This document shows positions 46,769 through 56,657 of a stretch of DNA of 64,000 nt, in pieces. The position numbers and the translations under genes are program-made. This stretch comes from Planctomycetota bacterium. Lineage in GTDB: Bacteria; Planctomycetota; UBA11346. The notes beneath the pieces were generated by a model, which saw nothing but the letters and a program-made list of their open reading frames with translations, was not told the origin of the DNA and made no database searches. The DNA is taken from assembly GCA_038231435.1 (NCBI GenBank), contig JBBRLJ010000029.1, positions 10,706 through 74,705 of the forward strand, in the 5' to 3' direction. How positions within the stretch are numbered: position 1 is the first letter of the stretch; every line of letters starts with the position of its first letter.

Positions 46769-49375
46769 ATGGTGGGGCGTTGCCTGGATCGCGGGATCCT
46801 CTCTACTGCCGGCGTGCCGGCTCCCGTGAATACCCGCGTCTACCTCCTGAGTCTTGCGCTGCACGAACGGAGGACGATCGCCTGGATTTCCCTCTGCTGC
46901 TGGCTGGCCATCGCGAGTTCGCTGGCGGCGGCCGAGCCGGCACTCGATCTGTCCGAGGCCGAGCGCGGTTGGGTCGCCGCGCATCCGGTGATCCGGATCC
47001 AGATGAGCGACTGCTCGCCCCCCTTCGAATTCCGCGAGGACGGTGTCTGGAAGGGACTCGCCTTCGACTACCTGGTCGAAGCCGGGCGGAGGCTCGGGAT
47101 GCGCATCGAGCCAACGGGGATCTCGTGGGCCAACGCGCTCGAGCACATCCAGGGTCCGGGAGCGAAGGACGTCGACCTGCTGCTCGCGGTCACGCGCGGA
47201 ACCGAACGCGAGCAGCAGATGCTGCTCACGCGCAGCTACGTCGCATTCCCGCAGGTCATCTTCGCGTCGAAACAGCATCCGTTCATCGCCGGCCTCAAGG
47301 ATCTCGCCTCCAGCAGGATCGCGATCGAGGACGAATACGTGATGCAGGACTGGCTCAAGCGCGACCTGCCCCAGGCGCATTTCACCGTCGTCCGCGACAC
47401 CGGAGCCTGCCTCGTGGCACTGTCGTCTGGGCAGGTAGACGCGTACGTGGGCAATCTCGCGGTCGCTAGCTTCCTCATCGAGAAGCTCGGCCTGGTCAAC
47501 ATCGAGGTCGTCGCGCCTTCGGGCTACGGCGACGAGGAGTTCTCGATGGGCGTGCGCAAGGACTGGCCCGAGCTGGTCGTGGCTCTCGACGCGGCCATCG
47601 CCTCGATACCGCCAGAGCAGCAGCAGGCGATGCGCCAACGCTGGCTGTCGGTACGCTACGAGCACGGCCTGCGCACCGCCGACATCGTCAAGTGGGTGGT
47701 GATCGTCGCGCTGGTGGCGCTGGTGTTCATCGTCCAGTTGCGGCGCATGGTCAATCGCCGCACCGCCGAGCTCAAGCGCGAGGTCGAGCTGCGCCGCGCG
47801 CAGGAGGCGCACCTGTCGGAGGCCCAACGCATCGGCGGGCTGGGTAGCTGGACGCGAGACATGGCGAGCGGCGCGATCACGTGGTCGGACGAGACCTACC
47901 GCATCTTCGGCTGGCCGCCCGGGCAGGCGTTGACCCTCGAGCGCTTCCTGGCCGTCGTCCATCCGGACGACCTCGAGGCACTGCGCGCGCACCAATCCCG
48001 TGCGGCCACTGGTCAGCCGTTCGAGGCCGAGTACCGCATCATCCGCCCCGACGGCGCGCTGCGCCACCTGCTCGAACGCTGCCGCTGCGTGACGGGAGCA
48101 GACGGGCGCATCGTGAGGCTCGAAGGCATCGCGCTCGACATCACCGAGCGCAAGCGCGCCGAGGACGAGCGCGCGAGGCTCGAGCGCAGCATGCGCCATA
48201 CCGAGAAGCTGCGCCTCATCGGCCAGCTCGCGAGCGGCATCGCCCACGACTTCAACAACCAGCTCGCCGGCATCACCGGCTACGCCGACCTGCTCAAGCG
48301 CGCGATGGCGAACGCCCCCGGCTACGGCGAGCCGCAGCCGCGCTACGTGGACAGCATCCTGTTGGCCGCCGAGCGCGCCGCGGCGATCACCGCGCAGCTG
48401 CGCATCTTCTCGCGCAGCGAGGAGCTGGTCCGCGGTCCGCTCGATCTCCACGGTCTTATCCGCGAATCGGTCGAGCTCGCGACCCACGGCAGCGGCGGCG
48501 CCATGGCGGTCGAGCTGTCGCTGCGGGCCGAGCCGAGCACGGTCCTCGGCGACGCCGCGCAGATCCAGACCGCGCTGGTCAATCTCGCGCTGAACGCGCG
48601 CGACGCGATGCCTGGAGGTGGCCAGCTCGCGATCTCGACCAGGAACGTCCACCTCCATGCCCCGATCCCCGGGGGGCACCATGTCGATTTCCGTCCTGGT
48701 CCGTTCATCGAGGCCGCGATCGCCGACGCTGGTACCGGCATGGACGACAAGGTGCTCGCCATGCTGTTCGAGCCCTTCTTCACCACCAAGGAGGTCGGCA
48801 AGGGCACCGGCCTCGGCCTGGCCAACGTCTATAGCTGCATGAAGAATCATGGCGGAGCGATCGTGGTCGAGAGCCAGCCGGGCGTGGGATCGACTTTCCG
48901 CCTCTACTTCCCGGCCGAGTTCGCAGAGGCCGCGGCACAAGCCGCGCCGCCCAACGCCCCGGTGCGCGGGCACGGATCCATCCTGCTCGTCGATGATGAC
49001 GCCACGCTGCGCAAGGTCACTTCCGAGATGCTCGAGCAGCTCGGGTACACGGTCACCACCGCTGCTGGCGGCCATGAAGCGGCCGACCTCGTAGCCGCCC
49101 GCCCCGGCGCCTTCCAGCTCGCCATCATCGACATGATCATGCCGGGCCTGGATGGCCGAGAGAGCATCGCGCTCATCCGCCGCCATGACCCGCACATGCG
49201 CATCGTGATCTGCTCGGGCTCATTCCGGAACGAGCCCGCGTACCGGATTCCCGAAGCCGACGCGTTCCTGCAGAAGCCGTTCATGCTCGCGCCGCTATCG
49301 CGGCTGGTGGCTGAGATGCTCGGCCGGGCGGACGCAACGCGAGCAGGCGGTACTGACCATCCCGATCGCGCCTAG
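46769..49375 (+). CDS. Hybrid sensor kinase: periplasmic amino-acid-binding-type (SBP family 3) domain, TM, PAS, HisKA, HATPase, receiver (start uncertain)
   Basis: PPFEF...GLAFDY, GQVDAY; GIAHDFNN; NLALNARDAM; EPFFTTK, GTGLGL; ILLVDDD, IIDMIMPG, FLQKPF. Confidence 0.92.
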   Translation: MVGRCLDRGILSTAGVPAPVNTRVYLLSLALHERRTIAWISLCCWLAIASSLAAAEPALDLSEAERGWVAAHPVIRIQMSDCSPPFEFREDGVWKGLAFDYLVEAGRRLGMRIEPTGISWANALEHIQGPGAKDVDLLLAVTRGTEREQQMLLTRSYVAFPQVIFASKQHPFIAGLKDLASSRIAIEDEYVMQDWLKRDLPQAHFTVVRDTGACLVALSSGQVDAYVGNLAVASFLIEKLGLVNIEVVAPSGYGDEEFSMGVRKDWPELVVALDAAIASIPPEQQQAMRQRWLSVRYEHGLRTADIVKWVVIVALVALVFIVQLRRMVNRRTAELKREVELRRAQEAHLSEAQRIGGLGSWTRDMASGAITWSDETYRIFGWPPGQALTLERFLAVVHPDDLEALRAHQSRAATGQPFEAEYRIIRPDGALRHLLERCRCVTGADGRIVRLEGIALDITERKRAEDERARLERSMRHTEKLRLIGQLASGIAHDFNNQLAGITGYADLLKRAMANAPGYGEPQPRYVDSILLAAERAAAITAQLRIFSRSEELVRGPLDLHGLIRESVELATHGSGGAMAVELSLRAEPSTVLGDAAQIQTALVNLALNARDAMPGGGQLAISTRNVHLHAPIPGGHHVDFRPGPFIEAAIADAGTGMDDKVLAMLFEPFFTTKEVGKGTGLGLANVYSCMKNHGGAIVVESQPGVGSTFRLYFPAEFAEAAAQAAPPNAPVRGHGSILLVDDDATLRKVTSEMLEQLGYTVTTAAGGHEAADLVAARPGAFQLAIIDMIMPGLDGRESIALIRRHDPHMRIVICSGSFRNEPAYRIPEADAFLQKPFMLAPLSRLVAEMLGRADATRAGGTDHPDRA

Positions 49376-49397
49376 CGCGGTCGCTCATCCCAGCGAC

Positions 49398-50309
49398 TCA
49401 TCCCGGTAATGCCGGTCGGCGCTCGATGAGGGCCTCTGGGCCCTCCCCGCCGCTGCGCGCGCGCCGCTGGAACTCGCGCGGCGAGATGCCGAGGAAGCGG
49501 CGGAACTGCGCCGAGAACGCGTAGGGATCCGGATATCCGAGCATGCGCGCGGTGGCCGCGACCGTGCTGGTGGTGAGCGAGAGCTGGGCCGACTCGAGAC
49601 GGCGGCGGATGCGGTAGTCGGCGGGCGCATAACCTATCTCTGCGGTGAAGCGCTTGCGGAAGGCGGCGTACGAGACCCCGAGACGGCGAGCGATCGCCGA
49701 GACGCGCACGCGCTCGTCGAGATTGTGCTCGAGCAGCAGGCAGCCGTCCTCGAGCGCCTTGGTCCAGCGATCGACCACGCGGTTGCGGCGCGCACGGTCA
49801 TAGAGCCCGGCGACGAACGAGACCGCGGCGAGCAGCACGTGGCGCGAAGACAGCTGCGGCTCGGGCGTGCGCACCAGGGTCACCAGGTGCCGGAACTCGT
49901 CGAGGATCACCGCGTCGACGCCGATGTCGTGCACCGGGGTCGACGATAGCGCGCCGGCGCTCACCAGGCTCGTCCCGGTTGCGGCGTCGAAGACCACGAA
50001 GCACTCGGCGTAGTCGCTCGCAGGATCGAACCAGGTCGCGTGCGTCGGCCCAGGATACCGGTGGAAGAGCACACCTGGGCGCAGCTCGTGCGTCTTCCCC
50101 TGGGCATCGATGTAGCGCCCGCCGCCACGCAGGACCAGGTTCACGCCGAACATCGCCGCGCCGTGCGTGTAGCGCTCGACGCGCTTGCCGTATTCCTTGG
50201 CCTGGACCACCAGCACCTTGGGAGCGCCATCGAGGCGCAGGTCGCGCGTGGCCTTCAGCTCGAGGAATGGTCTACGCAGGTCGAATTGGCCGGGCATCTT
50301 GGCGCCCAT
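49398..50309 (-). CDS. AraC-family regulator, divergent from a PhyH-like gene (start uncertain)
   Basis: IARRLGVSYAAFRKRF...YR; ARMLGYPDPYAFSAQFRRFLGISP. Confidence 0.9.
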   Translation of the reverse strand: MGAKMPGQFDLRRPFLELKATRDLRLDGAPKVLVVQAKEYGKRVERYTHGAAMFGVNLVLRGGGRYIDAQGKTHELRPGVLFHRYPGPTHATWFDPASDYAECFVVFDAATGTSLVSAGALSSTPVHDIGVDAVILDEFRHLVTLVRTPEPQLSSRHVLLAAVSFVAGLYDRARRNRVVDRWTKALEDGCLLLEHNLDERVRVSAIARRLGVSYAAFRKRFTAEIGYAPADYRIRRRLESAQLSLTTSTVAATARMLGYPDPYAFSAQFRRFLGISPREFQRRARSGGEGPEALIERRPALPG

Positions 50310-50436
50310 CGTATCATTTATCACATCTTTTGTCCATCCCCGCCATGGCTCGTTCGCTGGCAACGTGGTAGAGTCCGTCATCAGCATCCAAACCACTCAC
50401 AGCCACGTGTCAGATCATGCATCCCAGGAGCCAGCC

Positions 50437-51240
50437 ATGGACGATCACGAACGCTACCTCTTCGACCTCAATGGCTATATCACCGTGCCGGACGCGCTCG
50501 ATGCCGGGCAAGTCGCGCGGGTGAATGAGCTCATCGATCGCCATATCGCCGAGCACGACGACCCGGCCGCGCCGCAGCTCGCGTTCAGTTCCGTCCACGC
50601 CTGGCGTGGCGCCATGACCCCGCTGATCGACAATGAACGCATCCTGCCATACCTCGACGCGCTGTTCTCGCCCCCGCCCTTCGCCGGCCCCGAGCGCGGG
50701 CCGTTCTTCCGTCTCGACCACACCTACTCCATGGTGCTGCGGCCCCAGGCGCATGACGTCGGCGCCTTCGTCCTGCATGGCGGAGGCACGCCGTTCGATC
50801 CGGGTCAATTCTACCGCGTCAGCGAGGGCCGGCTCTACAACGGCCTGGTGGTCGTCGCCTACAACCTCGCCGACGTCGGCGAGGACGACGGCGGCTTCGG
50901 CTGCGTTCCCGGAAGCCACAAGTCAAACTTCAGGCTGCCATCGGACTGGAGCGATTTGCGTCGCCCGAACCCGATCGCGCGCGCGGTGACCGGACGGGCT
51001 GGCTCCGCCGTGATCTTCACCGAGGCGCTGACCCACGGCACGCTGCCTTGGCGCGGCAGCCACGAGCGGCGCACGGTGTTTTTCAAGTACGACGCCTACT
51101 GCACGGCCTTCAGCGGCTCCTACCCGGGGCAGGCCACCGCCGACTGGCCTGAGCTGAGCGAGCGCCAGCGCGCCATCCTCGAACCGCCCAACTCCCGCAA
51201 CGCGGTGCGCCCGTGGCGGCGCGAGGCGCAGCCGGCCTGA
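50437..51240 (+). CDS. PhyH-family Fe(II)/2OG enzyme with HxG instead of HxD
   Basis: RBS AGGAG; YLFDLNGYITVPDAL, VLHGGG, PGSHK, GSAVIFTEALTHGT, ERR. Confidence 0.88.
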   Translation: MDDHERYLFDLNGYITVPDALDAGQVARVNELIDRHIAEHDDPAAPQLAFSSVHAWRGAMTPLIDNERILPYLDALFSPPPFAGPERGPFFRLDHTYSMVLRPQAHDVGAFVLHGGGTPFDPGQFYRVSEGRLYNGLVVVAYNLADVGEDDGGFGCVPGSHKSNFRLPSDWSDLRRPNPIARAVTGRAGSAVIFTEALTHGTLPWRGSHERRTVFFKYDAYCTAFSGSYPGQATADWPELSERQRAILEPPNSRNAVRPWRREAQPA

Positions 51241-51515
51241 TGGACGGACGGCGATCCATGGTCGCTGATAATGAGCTGTCGTGGCTGACCCGAGCGATGC
51301 CCTGGATGCGCTGAGCGCCCTCGGCCATCGGCGAGTGTCGACCAGGTGCCTGGAGACGAACGGAAGGCGGGAAGGCCTGGAAAGGCCTGGGCTGGAGTAG
51401 GCTCGGCTCACCCATCCAGGCCCGAGCACGCGCCCACATCAACACGCACTATCGAGCATCACCGTGCATTGCCCCCCTCACGTTCTCGGGGTATGCAAGG
51501 AAGGGCGCCCGCGCG

Positions 51516-54500
51516 ATGACCGTCGATCCATCCCGAGGCCCGCCGCTGGCGAAGGACGACCCCACGTTGCCGCTCCCTCCTGGGCCTGTTCCGCCGCTGG
51601 CCTCGGGGGCGGCGCCTGGCGAGGCTGAGACCCTGCCACCCGAACGCGACCACGACCATGACTCGGATCCCGCGACGGTGGCGACGGGCGCGGGCTCGGC
51701 GCCGCGCCCGAAGACGCGCGTGCTCGGTCCCTATACCCTGCTGCGCTTGCTTGGCCGCGGCGGCATGGGCGCGGTGTGGGAGGCGGTGGACTTCCGCCTC
51801 GACCGCCGCGTCGCGCTCAAGGAGATGCTGGCCGAGACCTCGCCCGAGGGCGTCGAACGTTTCCGTCGCGAGGCGCTGAACTCGGCGCGGCTACGACATC
51901 CCAACATCGTCGCGGTGCATGACGTCGGCTCGGACGACGGGCGGCAGTACCTGGTGATGGACCTGGTCCAGGGTGTGACCCTGGGCGAGGCGCTGCGCGC
52001 TGGTCGCTGGAGCTACCGCGACAAGGCCGCGCTCCTCGAGAAGATCTGCCGCGCCGTGCAGTACGCGCACGAGCAGGGCGTGGTCCACCGTGATCTCAAA
52101 CCCGCCAACATCATGCTCGATCGCTCGCGCGCATCGCCTGCTCTCGCCGACGAGGGGCCCACGGTCACCCACCCGATCGGCGAGCCGGTGGTCATGGACT
52201 TCGGTCTGGCCAAGGACACCACCAGCGATTCGACCTTGAGCCGGAGCGGCCAGGCGATGGGCACGCCCTCGTACATGCCGCCCGAACAGGCCGAGGGCCG
52301 ACTCGACGAGGTCAGTCCGCGCTCCGACGTCTACAGCCTCGGCGCCATCCTCTACGAGATGCTCACCGGGCGCCCGCCCTTCACCGGCGAAAGCGTGATG
52401 CAGGTGCTCAGGGCGGTGCTGCACGACGATCCCGTGCCGCCCAGCCGGATCAGCCCCGATGTCAGCCGTGACCTCGAGACCATCTGCCTGACCTGCCTGA
52501 CGAAGGTGCCCGAGCGACGCTACGCCTCGGCGGCCGCGCTCGCCGACGATCTGCGCGCCTGGCTCTCTGGCGACTCGATCAGCGCGCGACCGGCGACCTG
52601 GGTCGAACGCGGAATCAAGCGGGCACGGCGGCACCGCGCGGCCTATGCGACCGCGGCCGCGGCGATCGCCATCCTCATCGGCAGCTCAGGCGCCTTCGTG
52701 TGGAAGTTGAGCGCAGAACGCGACGCCGCGCTGCGATCCGAGGAGCGTGCGCGTGAGGCGCTGACCGAGAGCAACGCCTCCCGCGCCCAGGCGTCCCGGG
52801 CCGAACGCGTGCGTCGCGACGAGGAGGCGCGGCGACGAGCGCTCGAAGCCGAGGCCGAGGCGGCGTCGCGGCGCGAGTGGCGGCTCGTGCTCGCCGATGA
52901 TTTCTCGGATCCGGCCGCCACCGCACGAGCGTGGCGGTTGTCCAGCGATACGGCGACAGTCGCCAACGGCGTCCTACGCACCACCGCCTCGGCGCCGTGC
53001 GTCCTGATCCTGCGCCAGCGCATCTCTGGCGATGTGCGCCTCGAGTGGGACTGTCGCTTCGAGGGTCAGGACCTGGACGATCTCAGCTGTTTCCTATCCG
53101 CGGACGACACCGCGCCTGAGACCCGCATGCCGAGCTCCGGCTACGAGCTCAAATGCGGAGCCTACGGCGACACCAAGGACATGCTGCTGCGCGCGGGCGC
53201 CGAATTATTCGTTGCCGCGCGGCACAGCCTCGAATCGGGACATACCTACCATGCGCGCGCGGAGCGTCTGGGTCGCCACGTGAGCCTGGTGGTCGACGAA
53301 CGCGTGGTGTTCGATGTCGAGGATCCGTCGCCCGAGCCCGATCAACGCCACGCGACTCTCGGCCTGACCGCGTGGCACGCCAACGCCACCTGGGACAACG
53401 TGCGCATCTACTCCCTCGGCACGCCGCTGAAGGCGGACATGCTCGAGATCGCGGACAAGCAGCTCGCCGCCGGCCACGCCGCGACCGCCGCGGACCTCTA
53501 TGCAGAGGTGCTCAAAAGCGCCTCGGACGAGACGCGGAAAGCGGCCGCGCACGCCGGGATCCAGCACACCCGATGGCTGGGGGAGATCGAAGGGTATCGC
53601 AGCTCGCTCGCCGCCGCGTGGCCCGGCGTGGAATTCGTGATCGAGGACGCGGGCAACGGCACCGCGCGTCTGGTCTGCGACAATCAGGGCGTGAGCGACG
53701 TGTCACCCTTGGTGGGGATGCGGATCGGCGACCTCTCGCTCTCGAACAATCACATCTCCGATCCGTCACCGCTCACGTGGCTGCCACTGTGGCGCCTGAA
53801 GATCGACGGCAACTCCGGCCTCGACCTCCGCCGACTCGCCGGCATGCCCCTCGCCATGCTCGACATCGGCAACTGCGGCATCCACGATCTCGGACCATTG
53901 CGCGGTATGCCGCTAGCGGCGCTCTTCTGCGCCAAAAACCCTCTCACCTCCATCGCCGCGCTGCACGGGATGCCGCTGAAGCGGCTGGACATGGAGTACA
54001 GCCAAGTCGATTCGATCGAGCCGTTGCGTGGCGCTCCAATCGACCGATTGAGCATCTCGCACACCGAGATCGCCTCGCTCGAACCACTGCGCGGCATGCG
54101 CTTGACCGAGCTCTTCGCGGATGGCACGCGCGTCGTCGACCTGGCGCCGCTGCAAGGCATGCCGCTGGTGACGCTCGGACTCTGCGAAACAGCGATCGAG
54201 GATCTGTCCCTACTCGCGGGAATGCCGCTGACGGACCTGCGTCTCGGTCATTCGCACGTGCGCGACCTCGGCCCCCTGCGCACACTTGGCCTGCGCAACC
54301 TCAGCATCGACAACACGCTGGTGGTCGATTATGCGCCGCTCGCCGAGCTGCCGCTGCAGGTGCTGGTGATCGGACCCTTCGGCGACGGACGCACGTATGC
54401 CGGAATGGACCAGTTGCGGCGCAGCCGATCCCTGCTGCAGATCGGGACCTGCGCGGCCGATTGGAATGTCGCGGTGGTCTGGCAGGCCACGGAGTTCTGG

Positions 54501-54566
54501 AGGAAGTATGACGCCGGGGAGATCGGCACGCGGGAAAAAGGCGTCGAAGGGCCTCCGCGCGAATAG
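51516..54566 (+). CDS. Transmembrane Ser/Thr protein kinase with LamG/ConA-like domain and leucine-rich repeats
   Basis: LGRGGMGAV, VALK, HRDLKPAN, DFG, GTPSYMPPE, DVYSLG; TM AAAAIAILIGSSGAFVW; about 10 LRRs of 21 aa (L.PL.GMPL..L). Confidence 0.93.
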   Translation: MTVDPSRGPPLAKDDPTLPLPPGPVPPLASGAAPGEAETLPPERDHDHDSDPATVATGAGSAPRPKTRVLGPYTLLRLLGRGGMGAVWEAVDFRLDRRVALKEMLAETSPEGVERFRREALNSARLRHPNIVAVHDVGSDDGRQYLVMDLVQGVTLGEALRAGRWSYRDKAALLEKICRAVQYAHEQGVVHRDLKPANIMLDRSRASPALADEGPTVTHPIGEPVVMDFGLAKDTTSDSTLSRSGQAMGTPSYMPPEQAEGRLDEVSPRSDVYSLGAILYEMLTGRPPFTGESVMQVLRAVLHDDPVPPSRISPDVSRDLETICLTCLTKVPERRYASAAALADDLRAWLSGDSISARPATWVERGIKRARRHRAAYATAAAAIAILIGSSGAFVWKLSAERDAALRSEERAREALTESNASRAQASRAERVRRDEEARRRALEAEAEAASRREWRLVLADDFSDPAATARAWRLSSDTATVANGVLRTTASAPCVLILRQRISGDVRLEWDCRFEGQDLDDLSCFLSADDTAPETRMPSSGYELKCGAYGDTKDMLLRAGAELFVAARHSLESGHTYHARAERLGRHVSLVVDERVVFDVEDPSPEPDQRHATLGLTAWHANATWDNVRIYSLGTPLKADMLEIADKQLAAGHAATAADLYAEVLKSASDETRKAAAHAGIQHTRWLGEIEGYRSSLAAAWPGVEFVIEDAGNGTARLVCDNQGVSDVSPLVGMRIGDLSLSNNHISDPSPLTWLPLWRLKIDGNSGLDLRRLAGMPLAMLDIGNCGIHDLGPLRGMPLAALFCAKNPLTSIAALHGMPLKRLDMEYSQVDSIEPLRGAPIDRLSISHTEIASLEPLRGMRLTELFADGTRVVDLAPLQGMPLVTLGLCETAIEDLSLLAGMPLTDLRLGHSHVRDLGPLRTLGLRNLSIDNTLVVDYAPLAELPLQVLVIGPFGDGRTYAGMDQLRRSRSLLQIGTCAADWNVAVVWQATEFWRKYDAGEIGTREKGVEGPPRE

Positions 54567-54643
54567 TCGCGGTGGCGAACGATTTCCGCGAAGGCCCAGT
54601 GTCGCCGTACCGTGATCGAAGCAGGTACGCGGCGGGCTCGCTG

Positions 54644-55147
54644 CTACGACTTACCCCAGCCCGGCAGGGCCGCCGCCTGCCGGAACCACGTCGCCATCCG
54701 TACGTCGTCGAGGTCGTCCTCGTGGATGTCGATCCAACGCCCCACCTTGGAGGTTCCTCCAGGAGGCATGGGGCGCAGTGCGGTACCTTTGAAGAAGGCG
54801 ACCTTCACGAAGTTCGTGTAAATATGGAAGGAGACGAACCAGCCATTGCCCGCGATGCCATAGAAGGGCGAGTTCCATTTGACCGCCTTGCTCACGCCGG
54901 GGACGGTGCGCACGATCAGCCGGTCGAGGCGGCGTCCGACGTCGCGCTTCCATCCAGTCAAAGCTGTTAGATAGGCCTGCACGGGTGCGTCGCCATCCGC
55001 CTTCGAGATCCGCGGATTGCCGCCCGCGAGGAGCGTCGGCTTGGCGGTCCGTGCGCGGCTGTTCTTGGTGGCCGACGTGGATCGCCCGCCGGTACTGCCC
55101 GTTCCTTTCGATGGGCGCGTCGATGCCCGTGCCTTCCTCTTAGCCAT
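54644..55147 (-). CDS. DUF1801/YdhG-like protein
   Basis: RBS GAGGAG; LLAGGNPRISKADGDAPVQAY, KAVKWNSPFYG, VKVAFFKG. Confidence 0.85.
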   Translation of the reverse strand: MAKRKARASTRPSKGTGSTGGRSTSATKNSRARTAKPTLLAGGNPRISKADGDAPVQAYLTALTGWKRDVGRRLDRLIVRTVPGVSKAVKWNSPFYGIAGNGWFVSFHIYTNFVKVAFFKGTALRPMPPGGTSKVGRWIDIHEDDLDDVRMATWFRQAAALPGWGKS

Positions 55148-55226
55148 TGCCCACTCCTCGAGATGATGAGCCGAAGAATTCGCCCCAGCGCTGAATCGTC
55201 CAGACCTTTTGTCCAGGCCAGGTGAC

Positions 55227-56522
55227 CTATTCGGCCGGCTTGGCAGGTGCCGTGACGGGTTTCGTCGCCACCCACTCGGTGAACAGCTTCTGGAAACCGG
55301 CATCCGCCTTCTGCCATCCGGCTGGATCCTTCCACGCCGACATCGCGCCTTCGAGCATGGCCGCCTGGAAGAGGTGGCGACGCTCCTGCAATTGTGGTAG
55401 CAGGATCGGGGCCAACGCACGCTGGGTCGCATCGGCCTTGATTGCGGCGGCCATCAGTTGCTCATAGAGCGAGAGCTGGTCCTTCAGGCGCTGCTGGGTG
55501 AATTCCTCGGCCGCGTGCTCGGTCATCCGCTCGGCTAAGGAACGATGCGCGGGCGAGCACTCGTTCGCGCGGTAGAGGAAGACCTCGTCGGCGATCGTGC
55601 CGGCCTCTTCAGCCGTCGCCGCGGCGGGCGATCCATCGGCGGATGGCGGCGTGGCCACTCCGGAGAGCCACGCCGCGAGGGATCGCGCGAAGACCTCGCG
55701 GCCGCGATGACCAGCGATCGGATCATCGAGCTCGGCCAGTGCCGCATTCGCGGCATCGGCCGCGAAGCTGCCCGCGGTAGCGGATGCCACGCGCTGCGTG
55801 AGCACACCGCGATCCGTCGCTCCGAGCGCCACCGCGTCATCGAGCTGGCGCTGCTCAGCAGCGACGCCCGCCGCGAGCGCCGCCGGTGCGGCCTGAGCCT
55901 TGCGCTGCGCGATCGCATGCCTGGCCATGGCCCGGTGCGCCACCGAGCAGCCGGCGATCGCTGTGAAGAACCCGCGGTCGTCGAGTGGCGCGTCCTGGCC
56001 GTCCACGCCTTCCGCCATCGGCGCTGGATCGCCAAGGCCGAAGCTGACCGGGAATGGGATCCACGCCTGGGGCTTGCCGACGACCGCGCTCGCCACCCGC
56101 CAGTAACGAAGGTGTTCGAGTATCAACCGCGCCTTCCATTGCGCCCGCCCACGCTGGGTCGAGGCATCGACAGCAGCGGCATGCGCCTGCGCGCCATCTT
56201 TGTCCAGCGACGCAATGCGCCGGTCGACGTCCGCGACCAGTGCCCCGACGAAACCACTCAACGAGTACTGAAACTCGGCGAACGAACGCGGGAGCAGGCG
56301 GTCCTCGCCGGCTTGGTCACGGGCGGCGACGAAGCTCTCCAGGACGGCTTTCACGCGCTTCGCGGTGGCTTCATCCTGGTTCGCGATCGGACCCGCTGTG
56401 GTTCCGAGAACGACCACGGTGGCGATCTCGGCATTGAGGCTGCGCCATGACTCCGCTGGATCCATCCCGAGCGCCGAGCCGCACAGCGCGCAGAGCACGG
56501 CCAGTGAGCGCAGCATCCCCAT
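55227..56522 (-). CDS. Secreted alpha-helical hypothetical protein
   Basis: Long ORF with host-like codon bias; signal peptide MLRSLAVLCALCGSALG; no motif recognised. Confidence 0.65.
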   Translation of the reverse strand: MGMLRSLAVLCALCGSALGMDPAESWRSLNAEIATVVVLGTTAGPIANQDEATAKRVKAVLESFVAARDQAGEDRLLPRSFAEFQYSLSGFVGALVADVDRRIASLDKDGAQAHAAAVDASTQRGRAQWKARLILEHLRYWRVASAVVGKPQAWIPFPVSFGLGDPAPMAEGVDGQDAPLDDRGFFTAIAGCSVAHRAMARHAIAQRKAQAAPAALAAGVAAEQRQLDDAVALGATDRGVLTQRVASATAGSFAADAANAALAELDDPIAGHRGREVFARSLAAWLSGVATPPSADGSPAAATAEEAGTIADEVFLYRANECSPAHRSLAERMTEHAAEEFTQQRLKDQLSLYEQLMAAAIKADATQRALAPILLPQLQERRHLFQAAMLEGAMSAWKDPAGWQKADAGFQKLFTEWVATKPVTAPAKPAE

Positions 56523-56657
56523 GTGGACCGAGTTCATGCGGAAAGAGCTCACCTGGAATGGGCTCAGGCGGAACGAGGCCTGCCATGATGGACAGTTCGA
56601 CATGATCATCGCGGGGAACTCCGGATTCGTGATGGGCGGCAGATGGAATGTCTGGTG

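Noticed and set aside
46640..46780. Cluster of short inverted repeats upstream of the hybrid kinase as a riboswitch
   Set aside because: Stems of 5-7 bp are expected at this GC and no riboswitch consensus was recognisable; an Rfam scan would settle it
46733..49195. 820-aa minus-strand ORF
   Set aside because: Antisense to the hybrid kinase, which has complete motifs
53695..54370. Periodic DNA resembling a CRISPR or repeat array
   Set aside because: The 63-nt period is explained by coding LRRs; no identical repeats with unique spacers were seen anywhere in the window
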